DNA of 64,000 bases from a virus. Lineage: Duplodnaviria > Heunggongvirae > Uroviricota > Caudoviricetes. The translations under genes and the position numbers were made by a program. How positions within the stretch are numbered: position 1 is the stretch's first letter; the number at the start of each line of letters is the position of its first letter. The notes under the pieces were generated by a model. That model had not been told where the DNA came from, did not search any database, and worked only from the letters and a program-made list of their open reading frames with translations. The stretch covers positions 256,001 through 320,000 of the IMG/VR virus record IMGVR_UViG_3300010049_000009; one strand, given 5' to 3'. This document shows positions 48,601 to 58,594 of this stretch, piece after piece.

Positions 48601-51220
48601 CCTTATTATTGGTGTGAAAATGATTGTATAACAATCTAAGATTATCCAACGTGGTTTCAGTTAAATCAACAATGTTGAAAGAACCTTTGACCATATTCAT
48701 ACTACTAAATCGGGAATAACTATTTTCTAACAACACCATATTACCAAAACTAAACAACCAAACATTAGTATCATCTATTATATAACTACCATAATCAGAA
48801 AATTTTCCCTTCAACATATCAACGTATGTAATAGTTGAAAGTGGTGTGGCGTTCATTATATTATTCTGCCCGTTTTGTTGATAATTAACTGACCATAGCG
48901 CAGAACTAAATTTATTTGTAGAACTATCAAGTGCCCCCATTTTTCGGGGTTCACCACCCCTTGTAAAGTTAATTGCTGTTTTGACAAAATTATATGTGGT
49001 TGGTTTTTTATAATCTTCCCCCCAATCTTCATTAGAATCAATCAACGATAACAAGAAATTAACAAAATCATTTCCTTGTAAATCCAATAATAAACTCTCA
49101 CATATTTTACTTTCTACTTTAACAGCATCAAAAATATTATTAGCATCTGCTTCGGCATAAGATTCCAAATCTTCGATATCTTCTCTTGTTCCTATTGAAG
49201 CAAACATTCGAGTAATAATTTGAATACCCAAATTACCTATTCCTTCATACACACTCTCATAGTTTTCTAACACTTTTTTATATGGATTAATTTCGTCTAC
49301 TCCTGTGTGCATTAATTTACATGAAATATCATAGGGAAATATTGGTATCCATAAATAGGGACTATTGCGTATATCGGGTGGGTCTCCTTCACCCGCCGCT
49401 GCGGCTGCCGCGGCAGCCTCCGCTGCTAATCTTGAAACCATGTATGCAATTTCGTCATACATTGATTTTGTGTATTGTATTTCAGGTAAACCAAATGCTT
49501 CATGTGGTGCTCTTTTTATAAGACCCTCTTTTGTATCTGAATATTCTCTTACTACAAACCAAGGTAATGTAGTGCCACCTGGTGTAACATCACCATCTTC
49601 TTCATTCCACTTCTCTAACAATTGTAAACGTTTATCTAATGAACTCGCTAATTGAAATGCAGGGAGTTTATCACGCAACTCATTTTTCTTACCTACAACC
49701 AAGAAACTTTCCAAGAAGTGAACATAATGTGCAAATACCCACTTAATAACATTGTATAATGTTGGGACAAATGGTAATTGATTAACAACATTTAATGCTT
49801 GTTCATAAATTTGATTCATTATTTCAACATCACGTTTTTTTGATTGTGTGTTGATTTTAATTTGATTGTTTTGAAGTAAAGTTATTAATTCGGTTAAATG
49901 AAGTAATATTTTTGTCTTTTTTCCTTCGGGGTTTTGATCATAGTAATAATAAAACCGCATAGGAAAAGATATTATACTTAAATCTTCAAAATTATTTTCT
50001 TCTAATATTTTTATTTCGTCATTATATTTATTAACAACTTCATATAAAGCGTTTCTTATGTTATTACAAGTTTCTTCATATTGTTCTGACGACACGTCTA
50101 TCCAACCATTAGATTCCCAAATAACAACGTTGGGTACTTTACTTTCTATTTCATAATGTAAACCATAAATAGACCAAAGTTCTTCGGTTTTATTTCCTGT
50201 AAGAACTTCTAACTTTGGAAGACCCATAAATGGGTTATTAACCACAGTTTTTTGCACCACGGTCATTATTTCGGTTGATAATACCAATATATCGTTTATC
50301 ATCATTTTGGTTTTACCCATACTTGAAGATTGTGGTAATTTTCCAATACTCTCTATTGCTGAATTAATATGTGTACGCAACTCCTCATATTTGGGTATGG
50401 GTTTTCCGTCTTCACAAAGATAATTTCTTTCTTCCCATAAGACACCCATATCGGTCGGTGCTTGAAGATATGGTGAAATAAGTATCCACCTCGCCATAAT
50501 ATCCCGATACCTTTTCACTCTAAACCCCTCAAGAGTTAATGTTATATTAATGTTTCCCGACTGTGTATCAACCTCACTAACTATATTAGTGGCTAATAAG
50601 GAATGTGTTACAGGATAACCGTAAAAACCTTTAACCGTCAAAAGAAATCTTGGATAAGGCATAGTATATAACGCCTTAAATAAACTAGCAACTGCTATTT
50701 TTTTATTATTTTCATCTCTTTCTTCACCCCTTTGCATTGGTGAAAAAGTTGCTTGTCCCATTATATCAACAAGACTTACTGTAATTCGTGGTACATGCCA
50801 ATTTGTGTAATCTATATTAATACTTCGGATTCCCAATGTTTCGGGTTGTCCTGCATTTGCCATATCCGTAGAAGTATCCCAACCATAATCCAAATAGTCG
50901 GTTGTTAAATACCTCACCTTTGCACCCATATATTCTTTACCACTTGGTATTGATTGTTTGGGTAATTCAAATGATATTTCAATGTTTCTGTTATCACCAC
51001 CCCATTCAGTTCCCCTATGAGGTAAAACGATCAAACTAACATATATTGATAAATCTTCGGGTGGTATCATTAACTTCCCACTATCACCACCAGCAGGTAC
51101 AAACTCACCAGCCCGCGGTCCATAAAGTTGTAAATCTGTATTTGGGTCTACATAACAACTTATAATATTCTTCGGTTTACCATTGTTTTCACTATCTTTT
51201 AACGATACAACTTCACTCAT
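45656..51220 (-). CDS. large baseplate hub-like protein with C-terminal peptidase M15-like domain
   Basis: N-terminal GIRSINI...PYPRFLLTVKGFYG; late hub-like segment (FPLMYYQL...GGYMIFKVVHTI...TVFEGVK); C-terminal ISKHFKLHE...R...SYHGHGSGID...VHY. Confidence 0.65.
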   Translation of the reverse strand: MSEVVSLKDSENNGKPKNIISCYVDPNTDLQLYGPRAGEFVPAGGDSGKLMIPPEDLSIYVSLIVLPHRGTEWGGDNRNIEISFELPKQSIPSGKEYMGAKVRYLTTDYLDYGWDTSTDMANAGQPETLGIRSINIDYTNWHVPRITVSLVDIMGQATFSPMQRGEERDENNKKIAVASLFKALYTMPYPRFLLTVKGFYGYPVTHSLLATNIVSEVDTQSGNINITLTLEGFRVKRYRDIMARWILISPYLQAPTDMGVLWEERNYLCEDGKPIPKYEELRTHINSAIESIGKLPQSSSMGKTKMMINDILVLSTEIMTVVQKTVVNNPFMGLPKLEVLTGNKTEELWSIYGLHYEIESKVPNVVIWESNGWIDVSSEQYEETCNNIRNALYEVVNKYNDEIKILEENNFEDLSIISFPMRFYYYYDQNPEGKKTKILLHLTELITLLQNNQIKINTQSKKRDVEIMNQIYEQALNVVNQLPFVPTLYNVIKWVFAHYVHFLESFLVVGKKNELRDKLPAFQLASSLDKRLQLLEKWNEEDGDVTPGGTTLPWFVVREYSDTKEGLIKRAPHEAFGLPEIQYTKSMYDEIAYMVSRLAAEAAAAAAAAGEGDPPDIRNSPYLWIPIFPYDISCKLMHTGVDEINPYKKVLENYESVYEGIGNLGIQIITRMFASIGTREDIEDLESYAEADANNIFDAVKVESKICESLLLDLQGNDFVNFLLSLIDSNEDWGEDYKKPTTYNFVKTAINFTRGGEPRKMGALDSSTNKFSSALWSVNYQQNGQNNIMNATPLSTITYVDMLKGKFSDYGSYIIDDTNVWLFSFGNMVLLENSYSRFSSMNMVKGSFNIVDLTETTLDNLRLLYNHFHTNNKEIVDDVWVNISGFTKEEVECFSDDIQSISMSTPQHFANLVLGSVSQGITVENFKEVVMSQKQGVSENQLFMKLSETKPDICIAIPRLDKHVFSIFATPDYYNCTITNIDVKNRCRAALLLHSLGLLPDKLYQYIEKTNWGIKRIPKCFALQIGSILWLYDNVRSKVITSSQYPFLFREIIQPLENTFLFKKVMYDFGMNMGFDVKKVFISHFEDWVEKEGKDIIKDMEYGVYDNPVSFLNDNRQVFSAYNNVTSPLRREIATEKLKGMPAYNSAMFIHPKIGDVKYHIAGFPILQLILDPSSNAAKKLMGLYKDSVLIINSRSGILKTERKSRINIPKEEIVSYLKVLNEELLKLMTGPIIVGNSLEEDVLNTEENTQLDKLYFQFKLLHDSWFVGVTEPDITNRLEHIMSKIMIVDQYFCDISDKVYVNLEYIKHILTGVFTGETAWNMYDLLANIAQEHNLFMMASPTLGFFEGRKATDAQSLLDYLFKPQIYNEIDFSGTQDEDYGLIFMLMGNPAETPTDLDNEESDFENTALQLTRDEDMLALNKGKHLVGDSKIPLRSFGISYGRHNENFFKIENLTMSEPKKTEQYFKSMVRILESAKDYSSGNQVFVGENLYSQYSKMAYNTKITLEGGSAPIFPLMYYQLNNTYLFTGGYMIFKVVHTIEDNYMRTVFEGVKQDFTKRPIVKIPLVTSIVGDLKMDNVIKTDYQIDHNKQGYGGEIKLNQVGYNNGGGTKKYGPGGIITDDKILGEQYMQLRDKNISKHFKLHECVERGSNSGNIPGSGLTGPQAAGFQMPIECFENLADFLIQVDKIIDWVKDKNGLNQWIRNMGAGATDGVGGMNGFSEDSEFDIMVGSMWRHHSNSQSKTSYHGHGSGIDLRLRHKAKGKQMVDVRGNKDMEFHYKTLYAFIAQHMNPFITELYLEYKGTDKSCLNTVHYAYTKKFTKYDICACMGLTDGGGWRCDPGRNETSKYPKKG

Positions 51221-51222
51221 AT

Positions 51223-51543
51223 TTAATCAATATAATATAATTGTTTATATGTTTCAATACCCTGCTTATATTGTGCTAACGCATCATCTAATGGAAATGG
51301 TATTGTAATATAAGTGTTATCTGGTATTTCAAATTCTATTTTTGGTAATAAATAATTTGCCCATAATATCAACCAATCATAGTTGGGGTTATCATAGTAT
51401 TTATCCGATATTAAATCCATTCGGGAAACATTCGCTTTCCACAACTCTTCTTTATCCGAAGGCATTGGTATATATCTTGTCACCGGCGGAAAACCAACCA
51501 CCCCCTCTCTACTTACTTGCAAATATCTATTATATGTGTTCAT
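51223..51543 (-). CDS. baseplate wedge/LysM-like (gp53 / tail X-like) protein
   Basis: SRMDLISDKYYDNPNYDWLILWAN...IPDNTYITIP. Confidence 0.8.
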   Translation of the reverse strand: MNTYNRYLQVSREGVVGFPPVTRYIPMPSDKEELWKANVSRMDLISDKYYDNPNYDWLILWANYLLPKIEFEIPDNTYITIPFPLDDALAQYKQGIETYKQLYYID

Positions 51544-51563
51544 TTCTTAAATATACAATAAAA

Positions 51564-54500
51564 TTAATGATTATCATTAGGATTTTGTTCGGGTGAGGGG
51601 TTACTCAATGAAAAATTAAATTCGGGTGTAAAAACCGGGTGTGTAATTAAATCTTCCTGTGGTAATATTCGCCTATTCGGTAACACCTCATGTTCTTCTG
51701 TTGTGGAGTCTAATTTTATGGAGTCTAGGTTTGTATCAGATGGGCAATCCGCTTCACCGTTTTTATATGTAAACACATTAAATAAACCACCCCCGTTCAA
51801 ATTGTTTATTTCTTCTTCACCAATATCATTTTGTGTTGACCCACCATACATTGACATTGTCTCCAATTGTCGTGTTTTTGTGGTGGTTCTTTTACCATTT
51901 TCATAATGTAATCCTCTTTTTCTTGACATATCAGGTACTATATCACCTTTATCATCAATTGTGTTACCATCTGCTCTATCATCATATACGCTGGTATTGG
52001 CATAATAGTTGAATGATACAGCGTTTTGTAGTCTTGCAATTGCGCCGGTAATATCTTGACCACCCATATATTTAATGTTCAGGGTTACATCTACATACAT
52101 TGGTTGTATTCCAATTCCTTCGGGGTTTAAATCCCATTTAATTCCCTCTTTATCATAATTAAAACTAATGTTATCAATAAAAACTTTAGATTGAATGAAA
52201 TCACCTATTTTCAATATACAAACGGGTGGGCGACCAAACGCCAAGTTTGATATGTTATTAACACCACCACTATTTTCACCTCTAACATTGGTTGGTCCAC
52301 TTCTCAAACATTGGTGTAGAAATGTTAAACGACCGTTGAACCCCTCCGGTGTACATGACCATAGTGCGGGGATATATTTATTATATCTATCCCTAAAATT
52401 TGTCCAAGTTACATCGGTTGCGGTTTCACTCATATCACCAACATATTCGTAGAAATCCATTTCCTCATCATATCTCCCCTTTCTACTTAACGTATATTCA
52501 CTCACATTTGTTTCCGTATCTACTGTTGTTTGTGTTTGTTTTGGATGTAATTCTTCACCACCGGTTTGTTTTGTTTTTATTATTACGTGTGCATGTCTAA
52601 ATTTTTTGGAATTTTCGGAAGATGCTATTCCAAGTTCATTCGTTGCCTGATCGGTCAACACCTCATCTTTTATTTCCCATACAGGCGCACCTTCGCCGTG
52701 TATATTTAAACCACCCTCACCAACACCCAATGTTTCAATAATAAACAATGCTAATGAAACCGCCCTATATCTCCCCAACTTTTTATTATCACTGGCTGTA
52801 CCATCCTTACTAGCATTACCCAATATTTGAATTGTTTCTGCGCTGTTAAATAACTTTATTAAATTTTCTTTTGTTTTATAATCTTCCTCTATTTCGGAGT
52901 TATCGTGAGCTGGACTTGTATGAACCGCTTGTCCTTGACCAATACATATTTCATAAAAAGCACCAAAACTCAACCTATCTTTTTGACTTTTTGTGGCATT
53001 TAATTGAAAATTTCCAATATCCCAATTTGTCATACAATTACCATATCTAATTCGCGGTAAAACAGTCGTTTTGGTACTTGGTGTTAATTTTGTTCCACCT
53101 TTTTTATCATAAAATTCGATTTTATCAGTTACATGCATATTAGTAATAAAATCACTAATTAAATTTGTTAAATTATAATCCTTATTTTGCCAATTTTTTG
53201 GTGCTACCGTAAAACTATCAACACCATGTTTATGTTTATAACTTAATCCTTTAGCTGATTTCCCCCCACTAAATTCTCTCCACTCTCTCATTGTATAAGT
53301 ACCACCATCATTTACAGGTATTTCAACATTTGATAATGTTCTACGTAAAGCATCTGTTCCAACCCTACCCATTTCATAACCATTTCCATAAACACTCCCA
53401 TCTATTCCGGCAGGGTCTTCACCACTTGGCAATGAACCACCACCCACGTATAGATAATCCATTGTTTTTTTACCACCACTATTTGCTAATTGTACCAATG
53501 CTTTTATGTCGGGGGTTTCATTAGTATATACATGCCAATTAACACCGGAAAAATCATTTGGGAAATACACTGTAACCAAATCAATTGTTTTAGGTGGTTC
53601 AATATCTCTATTTACAGGGGGTACAATATCAACCATTGTACTTATTGTATCTTGTGTCATTATTTGAACACAACCCTTACTTTCTTTTCTTTCAAAAGGA
53701 AATTCACAACCAGCATCAAATCTCAACACTGATTGACGAAATTCTTCTTCAACACTATTATTGTTTTTAGCAGTTCTACCCTCCATAAATTCATGGAAGG
53801 AAGAATGGTCAACAATCATAGAAAAGGATAACTGCCCCTCTCTAGTTGTGTTTCCTCTAAAACTATAAAGCGGTTCCCCTCTACCTATAAAACTAACACC
53901 TTCTACTCTGGCGGTTGATTTTTCATCAAATTTCAAATTTAATGGTGAAAACCAATATATTCTCCCACCATTAGGACCAATTTGTGATTTACATAGAAGA
54001 TTTTCCAATTCGAGTCCCTTCCATGCCAAATTTTCAATAGAAAACATATATTTTCTATTATATTTATATCTATCTTTTTTTTCCCCTTCCCACTTATCAT
54101 TATAAGTACCATCAAAATCCCCTCTGTACGGTGCAATTTTAGGTAATCCATTATTTTGTAATGAGGTGTATTTGGCAAATTGTTTATAAAATGGGCGAAT
54201 AAAATCCATTGTTCCATGTATTTCTTCCATTGTCATAACACAACCAACATTACCGGGATCATTATTATCAAATGTTAAAAATGGTCTAATAGCATTAAGT
54301 ACTGTTCTATGTTGTGTTTCTGCTGTCCAAACTCGACACCAAGGATCGGTATACACCTCTTCTGTTGTTCTTATATACCCATTTTTATTAGCAAGTGGTC
54401 TTCCTTTTGACATACCAAATACGGGGTGTACACCTGTTTGAATAAATGAAGGTTTTTCTTCGCTTTTATGAAACCTACTAACCATTGTACCTATTTTATT

Positions 54501-56381
54501 CATAGCAAACAATGCAGCGGTTTTTCCCATTAGTGTATCTGTTTCACCCAAATCTCTAATTAAAAGTGGAATTGCGGTTTTAGTTGGGGAATCATCTGTT
54601 TCCGCGTCAGGATTAAAATGCAATCTATTTCGATAATCCTCACGAAACGCACCTATGTTTCTCATTCCATCTTCTCGTCTTTCTTTCCGTGTAGTACGTT
54701 TTCGATAATCCTTCCACATTTGTTTTTCAGTTCTCTCCTGTGCTCTTTCATCATCCCTTTCTCTTTTTCGATTATCTCTATCTCTTTTTCGATTATCTCT
54801 TCTATCTCGCCTTTTTTGTCTTCTTGTTTTACCGTCAGGTTCTACAACATCTAATTCAGCATCTATCCCCTCATTATTTTTATTAGACTCACCCCACGTT
54901 ATTGTATTGTATTTATACGCAATATCATCAACAAGAACAAAATTATTTAGTTTATTATCTATATCAAAACTCTCTTCAGCAACCGTGGGTAATCCCAAAT
55001 TTCCTTTATGATTAAGATATGGGTTGTTCGGAAATAACATGGTATAACCCTTGTTTTCCAACTCTATACCACGCCTATTTTCCCTTCTTGCGCTTTTCTT
55101 TGTATATCCCGGCGAATATTTGTTCATTTCAAGAAGAGCAAATATCATCCTGGCGTTCATTGCACCTGTCCAATCTAAAAGATTATCTTGTTGCAAACGC
55201 CTATACTCCCACTCATTAACAACTTCGCGTTTTCTACCCTCTTTACCAGCAAATATTCTTTGAAATAAATTTTTTTCCTTACCGTCAGCATATTGTCTCC
55301 CAGACATTCCTTTGGGATCAAGAAACATTTCAAAATCAGGACCACTATTACTTGTAGTATCTGCCAATAAATCATTATCAAGTTGAACATATTTTCCATC
55401 ATTTCCCGTAGTCGCCGTCTGTGACCAATTATTTCCTTGTAATAGAAAATCTAACCCCAAACCACCGGCAGCCATATTTAATCCACGATTTAATCCGGTA
55501 GCATTTAGAATATCATCCATAACTCCGGGTGGGTTTGTAATTCGTGAAGCACCAAATGCGTTCAAATCAAATTCAGACCCCTCGCCACCAAATAATCTTC
55601 CGACCGTGTTATTAACAATCCACCTACTTGTTTCTTGAATTGCCCCCGACACAAACCGACCTGTTTTTGCCATCATTTGGTTTGCCATTGAAACAGCCGC
55701 CGCACGTAAACCGAAATGACCAAGTGGAGTTTCCATTCCACTTGCTTGTGAAAAAATTCTTCCGGCTAATGTTTGTTGTATATCAAAATCCGTAACAACC
55801 CTAACACCATTTTCATAAGGGTTTATTGCTAAACCAACCCCATCACCGCGAACAATTGCCGCCATTACATTAGTTGGTGAAGAACTTCGGTTTGAAGGAT
55901 CGCCAATAGAAGTTGGTGTGTTTTTACCAAATATTCTGTTAGTATAAGAAATATAATTGTCAAATTGACTTCGTAATCTGTAAGGACTGTTTTCAGTTTC
56001 CCCACGCAAAATTCTTAAATCATCAGAAGGTTTATCTATTTGTGAATAAATATCGGGTGTTCTTTCAGATTCAACAGTAGAACTACGTGGTCTATCCCAT
56101 TGTCTCCAATAACTTTCATTCCTTCTAATATAACCACTATATCCGTCTGTTAATTCAAATCTTGCTGCTTTATCTAATTTTTGTAAACGATCAAAAGTTT
56201 CCCCCTTTGTATATTCAAGAATTTCGGGGCGATATTCCGTCAATCGTGGCTCTTCGTCAATAGGTGTATTAAAAGAATACTGAATAGGGGTTTCCCCACT
56301 ATCATAATTACTATTTATTTTCATTGATAAAATAGTGTTTCTGATAATTGGAGATACAATATGAAGTTTTAATCCTGCCAT
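51564..56381 (-). CDS. large baseplate/tail-tube-initiator-like protein with OmpA-like segment
   Basis: IGRGEPLYSF..TR.G.LSF and GRPPVCILKIGDF...P...DVTL motifs; VYFPND...GNAS...N.KLG.YRA; ATG at 56381 (MAGLK) preferred. Confidence 0.65.
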   Translation of the reverse strand: MAGLKLHIVSPIIRNTILSMKINSNYDSGETPIQYSFNTPIDEEPRLTEYRPEILEYTKGETFDRLQKLDKAARFELTDGYSGYIRRNESYWRQWDRPRSSTVESERTPDIYSQIDKPSDDLRILRGETENSPYRLRSQFDNYISYTNRIFGKNTPTSIGDPSNRSSSPTNVMAAIVRGDGVGLAINPYENGVRVVTDFDIQQTLAGRIFSQASGMETPLGHFGLRAAAVSMANQMMAKTGRFVSGAIQETSRWIVNNTVGRLFGGEGSEFDLNAFGASRITNPPGVMDDILNATGLNRGLNMAAGGLGLDFLLQGNNWSQTATTGNDGKYVQLDNDLLADTTSNSGPDFEMFLDPKGMSGRQYADGKEKNLFQRIFAGKEGRKREVVNEWEYRRLQQDNLLDWTGAMNARMIFALLEMNKYSPGYTKKSARRENRRGIELENKGYTMLFPNNPYLNHKGNLGLPTVAEESFDIDNKLNNFVLVDDIAYKYNTITWGESNKNNEGIDAELDVVEPDGKTRRQKRRDRRDNRKRDRDNRKRERDDERAQERTEKQMWKDYRKRTTRKERREDGMRNIGAFREDYRNRLHFNPDAETDDSPTKTAIPLLIRDLGETDTLMGKTAALFAMNKIGTMVSRFHKSEEKPSFIQTGVHPVFGMSKGRPLANKNGYIRTTEEVYTDPWCRVWTAETQHRTVLNAIRPFLTFDNNDPGNVGCVMTMEEIHGTMDFIRPFYKQFAKYTSLQNNGLPKIAPYRGDFDGTYNDKWEGEKKDRYKYNRKYMFSIENLAWKGLELENLLCKSQIGPNGGRIYWFSPLNLKFDEKSTARVEGVSFIGRGEPLYSFRGNTTREGQLSFSMIVDHSSFHEFMEGRTAKNNNSVEEEFRQSVLRFDAGCEFPFERKESKGCVQIMTQDTISTMVDIVPPVNRDIEPPKTIDLVTVYFPNDFSGVNWHVYTNETPDIKALVQLANSGGKKTMDYLYVGGGSLPSGEDPAGIDGSVYGNGYEMGRVGTDALRRTLSNVEIPVNDGGTYTMREWREFSGGKSAKGLSYKHKHGVDSFTVAPKNWQNKDYNLTNLISDFITNMHVTDKIEFYDKKGGTKLTPSTKTTVLPRIRYGNCMTNWDIGNFQLNATKSQKDRLSFGAFYEICIGQGQAVHTSPAHDNSEIEEDYKTKENLIKLFNSAETIQILGNASKDGTASDNKKLGRYRAVSLALFIIETLGVGEGGLNIHGEGAPVWEIKDEVLTDQATNELGIASSENSKKFRHAHVIIKTKQTGGEELHPKQTQTTVDTETNVSEYTLSRKGRYDEEMDFYEYVGDMSETATDVTWTNFRDRYNKYIPALWSCTPEGFNGRLTFLHQCLRSGPTNVRGENSGGVNNISNLAFGRPPVCILKIGDFIQSKVFIDNISFNYDKEGIKWDLNPEGIGIQPMYVDVTLNIKYMGGQDITGAIARLQNAVSFNYYANTSVYDDRADGNTIDDKGDIVPDMSRKRGLHYENGKRTTTKTRQLETMSMYGGSTQNDIGEEEINNLNGGGLFNVFTYKNGEADCPSDTNLDSIKLDSTTEEHEVLPNRRILPQEDLITHPVFTPEFNFSLSNPSPEQNPNDNH

Positions 56382-56443
56382 TATTTTCTTTTTATATTCT
56401 ATAAATATAAAAAAAATCAATTTATTTTCAATGAAAAGGATAT

Positions 56444-56475
56444 AAAAAACCCACACCTGTTTTAGATGTGGGTTT
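56444..56475 (-). terminator. intrinsic terminator
   Basis: Minus strand AAACCCACA...TGTGGGTTTTTT after the lipoprotein gene. Confidence 0.75.
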
Positions 56476-56489
56476 AGTAATTTTGTGGG

Positions 56490-57455
56490 TTATCTTTTAC
56501 ACCCCAACAAAGGTGTTGTAATATCATTCGGATCATTTATATTACCACCAAATTGTTTTGGACCAGCAAAGTAATAGTTTTGACCTTGATTAACATTATT
56601 TCTGTTTTCAATAACTGTTCTTCCGTCTTCTGCAAAATATTGATATGGTGCTGTTATATCATCCCAATCCAATATCTCGAATATTAGTGAGGTTTGTTTT
56701 CTCAACCACGCTGTTGGGAGAAATGGGTCTGCAATTCCGTAGTACACCCAAGTATCGAAACGCCTTTCATATAAGTTGTTAGCAATTCTTACCAACGTTT
56801 TACCGTCTCTTGTGAAAAGGTGATAATCCACACCCTCTTTACCTTCACGTGTAATGCGCTCAACTTCTGAACCCCGAAGTGGTAATGTAGCATTTCCTGC
56901 ACCTTGTAAATACTGCGCCGGCATACTTGCTATCAAAAGCCCGTCACGAATTTCAAACTCAAATAGGTGGTCTGTGCCATTACCTGTTATAAAATACATT
57001 GTACCTCTGTATGTGTGAGAACCCGCGTCTTGTAATACTGTTCTTTCGTCAGTGTGAACTCTTATTGTGTTACGTGTACAATTAACAAACACCGGATTAT
57101 ATGTCATAGAAATACCTGACGTTTGTAGGTGTGTTTTCCCATTCGCAATTGTAATAACGTCATTGTTATTAACTATTAGAATATCAGCAATGTTCAATGT
57201 TATATCAGAAAAGAATTGATATGTTGTGCCACCATCCATAATGTTCTCCGCAGAACCCAATACACCCACGAAACGCATATTCCAACCACGACCAATAAAA
57301 TATTTATATCTTACATTTGTGCTTTTTTGTACTTCTTTTTCTTGTTCGGTAAGTCCACCACCATCCCACGCCCAAAGGTCATTCAACTTATCACAACCGG
57401 TTGTAATCAAAAATGTTATTCCCAATAACATTCCAACTAATATTTTCTTAATCAT
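56490..57455 (-). CDS. lipoprotein of unknown function
   Basis: MIKK, hydrophobic core and TGC lipobox; beta-rich body. Confidence 0.75.
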   Translation of the reverse strand: MIKKILVGMLLGITFLITTGCDKLNDLWAWDGGGLTEQEKEVQKSTNVRYKYFIGRGWNMRFVGVLGSAENIMDGGTTYQFFSDITLNIADILIVNNNDVITIANGKTHLQTSGISMTYNPVFVNCTRNTIRVHTDERTVLQDAGSHTYRGTMYFITGNGTDHLFEFEIRDGLLIASMPAQYLQGAGNATLPLRGSEVERITREGKEGVDYHLFTRDGKTLVRIANNLYERRFDTWVYYGIADPFLPTAWLRKQTSLIFEILDWDDITAPYQYFAEDGRTVIENRNNVNQGQNYYFAGPKQFGGNINDPNDITTPLLGCKR

Positions 57456-57505
57456 ATTCTTTAAAATTTATTATGTTTGTACTAATTTTTATATTTATAC
57501 TTCCT

Positions 57506-57532
57506 AATATAAATACAACAAATTAATCCGAT
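57506..57532 (-). promoter_or_regulatory. phage promoter ATCGGA-N15-TATATT
   Basis: TCCGAT 57527-57532 and AATATA 57506-57511 on the + strand. Confidence 0.75.
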
Positions 57533-57533
57533 G

Positions 57534-57854
57534 TTATTTGTCTTTGGGTTTTAAAAACTTCTTCTTTCTATTTTTCAAATAGAATTTCAGATCAACTTCA
57601 TCAAGCACGGGTTCGGGGGCATATCCGTCTTCAATATATTGAAGGGAAGTACACTCTCTTGCGGCGTTTGCACCACATTCCAATAACATGTTTGCAACAG
57701 CCAAATCATTAACAAAATCACTGTCATTGAAAACTATTTTGTCACAATTTGTTGCTCTATGGGTGTTTGCGGTGGCAAGTTCCGCACCTATTTTCAACAA
57801 CTGTTTCACCATTTTAGGTGTGAAACGTTTTTTAGATAATACTTTCATTAACAT
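57534..57854 (-). CDS. hypothetical protein
   Basis: 106-aa ORF. Confidence 0.65.
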   Translation of the reverse strand: MLMKVLSKKRFTPKMVKQLLKIGAELATANTHRATNCDKIVFNDSDFVNDLAVANMLLECGANAARECTSLQYIEDGYAPEPVLDEVDLKFYLKNRKKKFLKPKDK

Positions 57855-57855
57855 T

Positions 57856-58548
57856 TTATTCCGGTTTTAGTTTTTTATAAATTACAACATTTCTCTGATG
57901 GGAAGAGATTCCCAAATCCAATTTATTGACAATCTCAATAATATTATTCTCCCTCATATGTTTCTTTGTGAAAATTTGGGTTTGTGGCATACAACAGGGG
58001 TTGGTGTACAAAAATTTCCAATTCGGAAATTGTTTATCCACCTCATCGAGTTTGACGTGGGCGTGAACCAATGCAATATTATATGGTTTATTCTGAAAAT
58101 TACCCTTAACATCGTTTCGGTGAACACTTGTTTCGTTTATAAAGCGTAACAAGTTCTCTTCGGTAAGGTTTTCAAACTTACACTGCTCAATCATTATGTT
58201 CTTCACATCATATGTGGTACTCCAATCGAAAAACTTATTAACGTTTATCATTGGGTCAATCGAAATGTTCAACGTCTTACTGAAAAACGCAAACACCGCC
58301 GCTGTTCTTGTGTAACCACCGTCTCCAATGTGTAACCAATTAAAGTTGTTTATAATACACACCTTTTTCATATTGGAAAACACAGCGTAACTCTCGGAAA
58401 TCTCCTTTGAAGGATAATCCGCATCCTTAAATCGCCACCACAATTCCTCGAAGGAATCTGAACGCAAAACCTTGTCAATATATCTACTGTGAGGTAGATT
58501 TACAATAGCGGTTTGACTATTGTAACATACATTATTATTCTTTGTCAT
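57856..58548 (-). CDS. putative class I SAM-dependent methyltransferase-like protein
   Basis: LHIGDGG..RTA...SIDP...VHAH...NPCC pattern. Confidence 0.45.
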   Translation of the reverse strand: MTKNNNVCYNSQTAIVNLPHSRYIDKVLRSDSFEELWWRFKDADYPSKEISESYAVFSNMKKVCIINNFNWLHIGDGGYTRTAAVFAFFSKTLNISIDPMINVNKFFDWSTTYDVKNIMIEQCKFENLTEENLLRFINETSVHRNDVKGNFQNKPYNIALVHAHVKLDEVDKQFPNWKFLYTNPCCMPQTQIFTKKHMRENNIIEIVNKLDLGISSHQRNVVIYKKLKPE

Positions 58549-58555
58549 ATTCTTA

Positions 58556-58582
58556 AATATATCTTAATGTTATTTATCCGAT
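58556..58582 (-). promoter_or_regulatory. phage promoter ATCGGA-N15-TATATT
   Basis: TCCGAT 58577-58582 and AATATA 58556-58561 on the + strand. Confidence 0.75.
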
Positions 58583-58594
58583 GCTGATACAACA

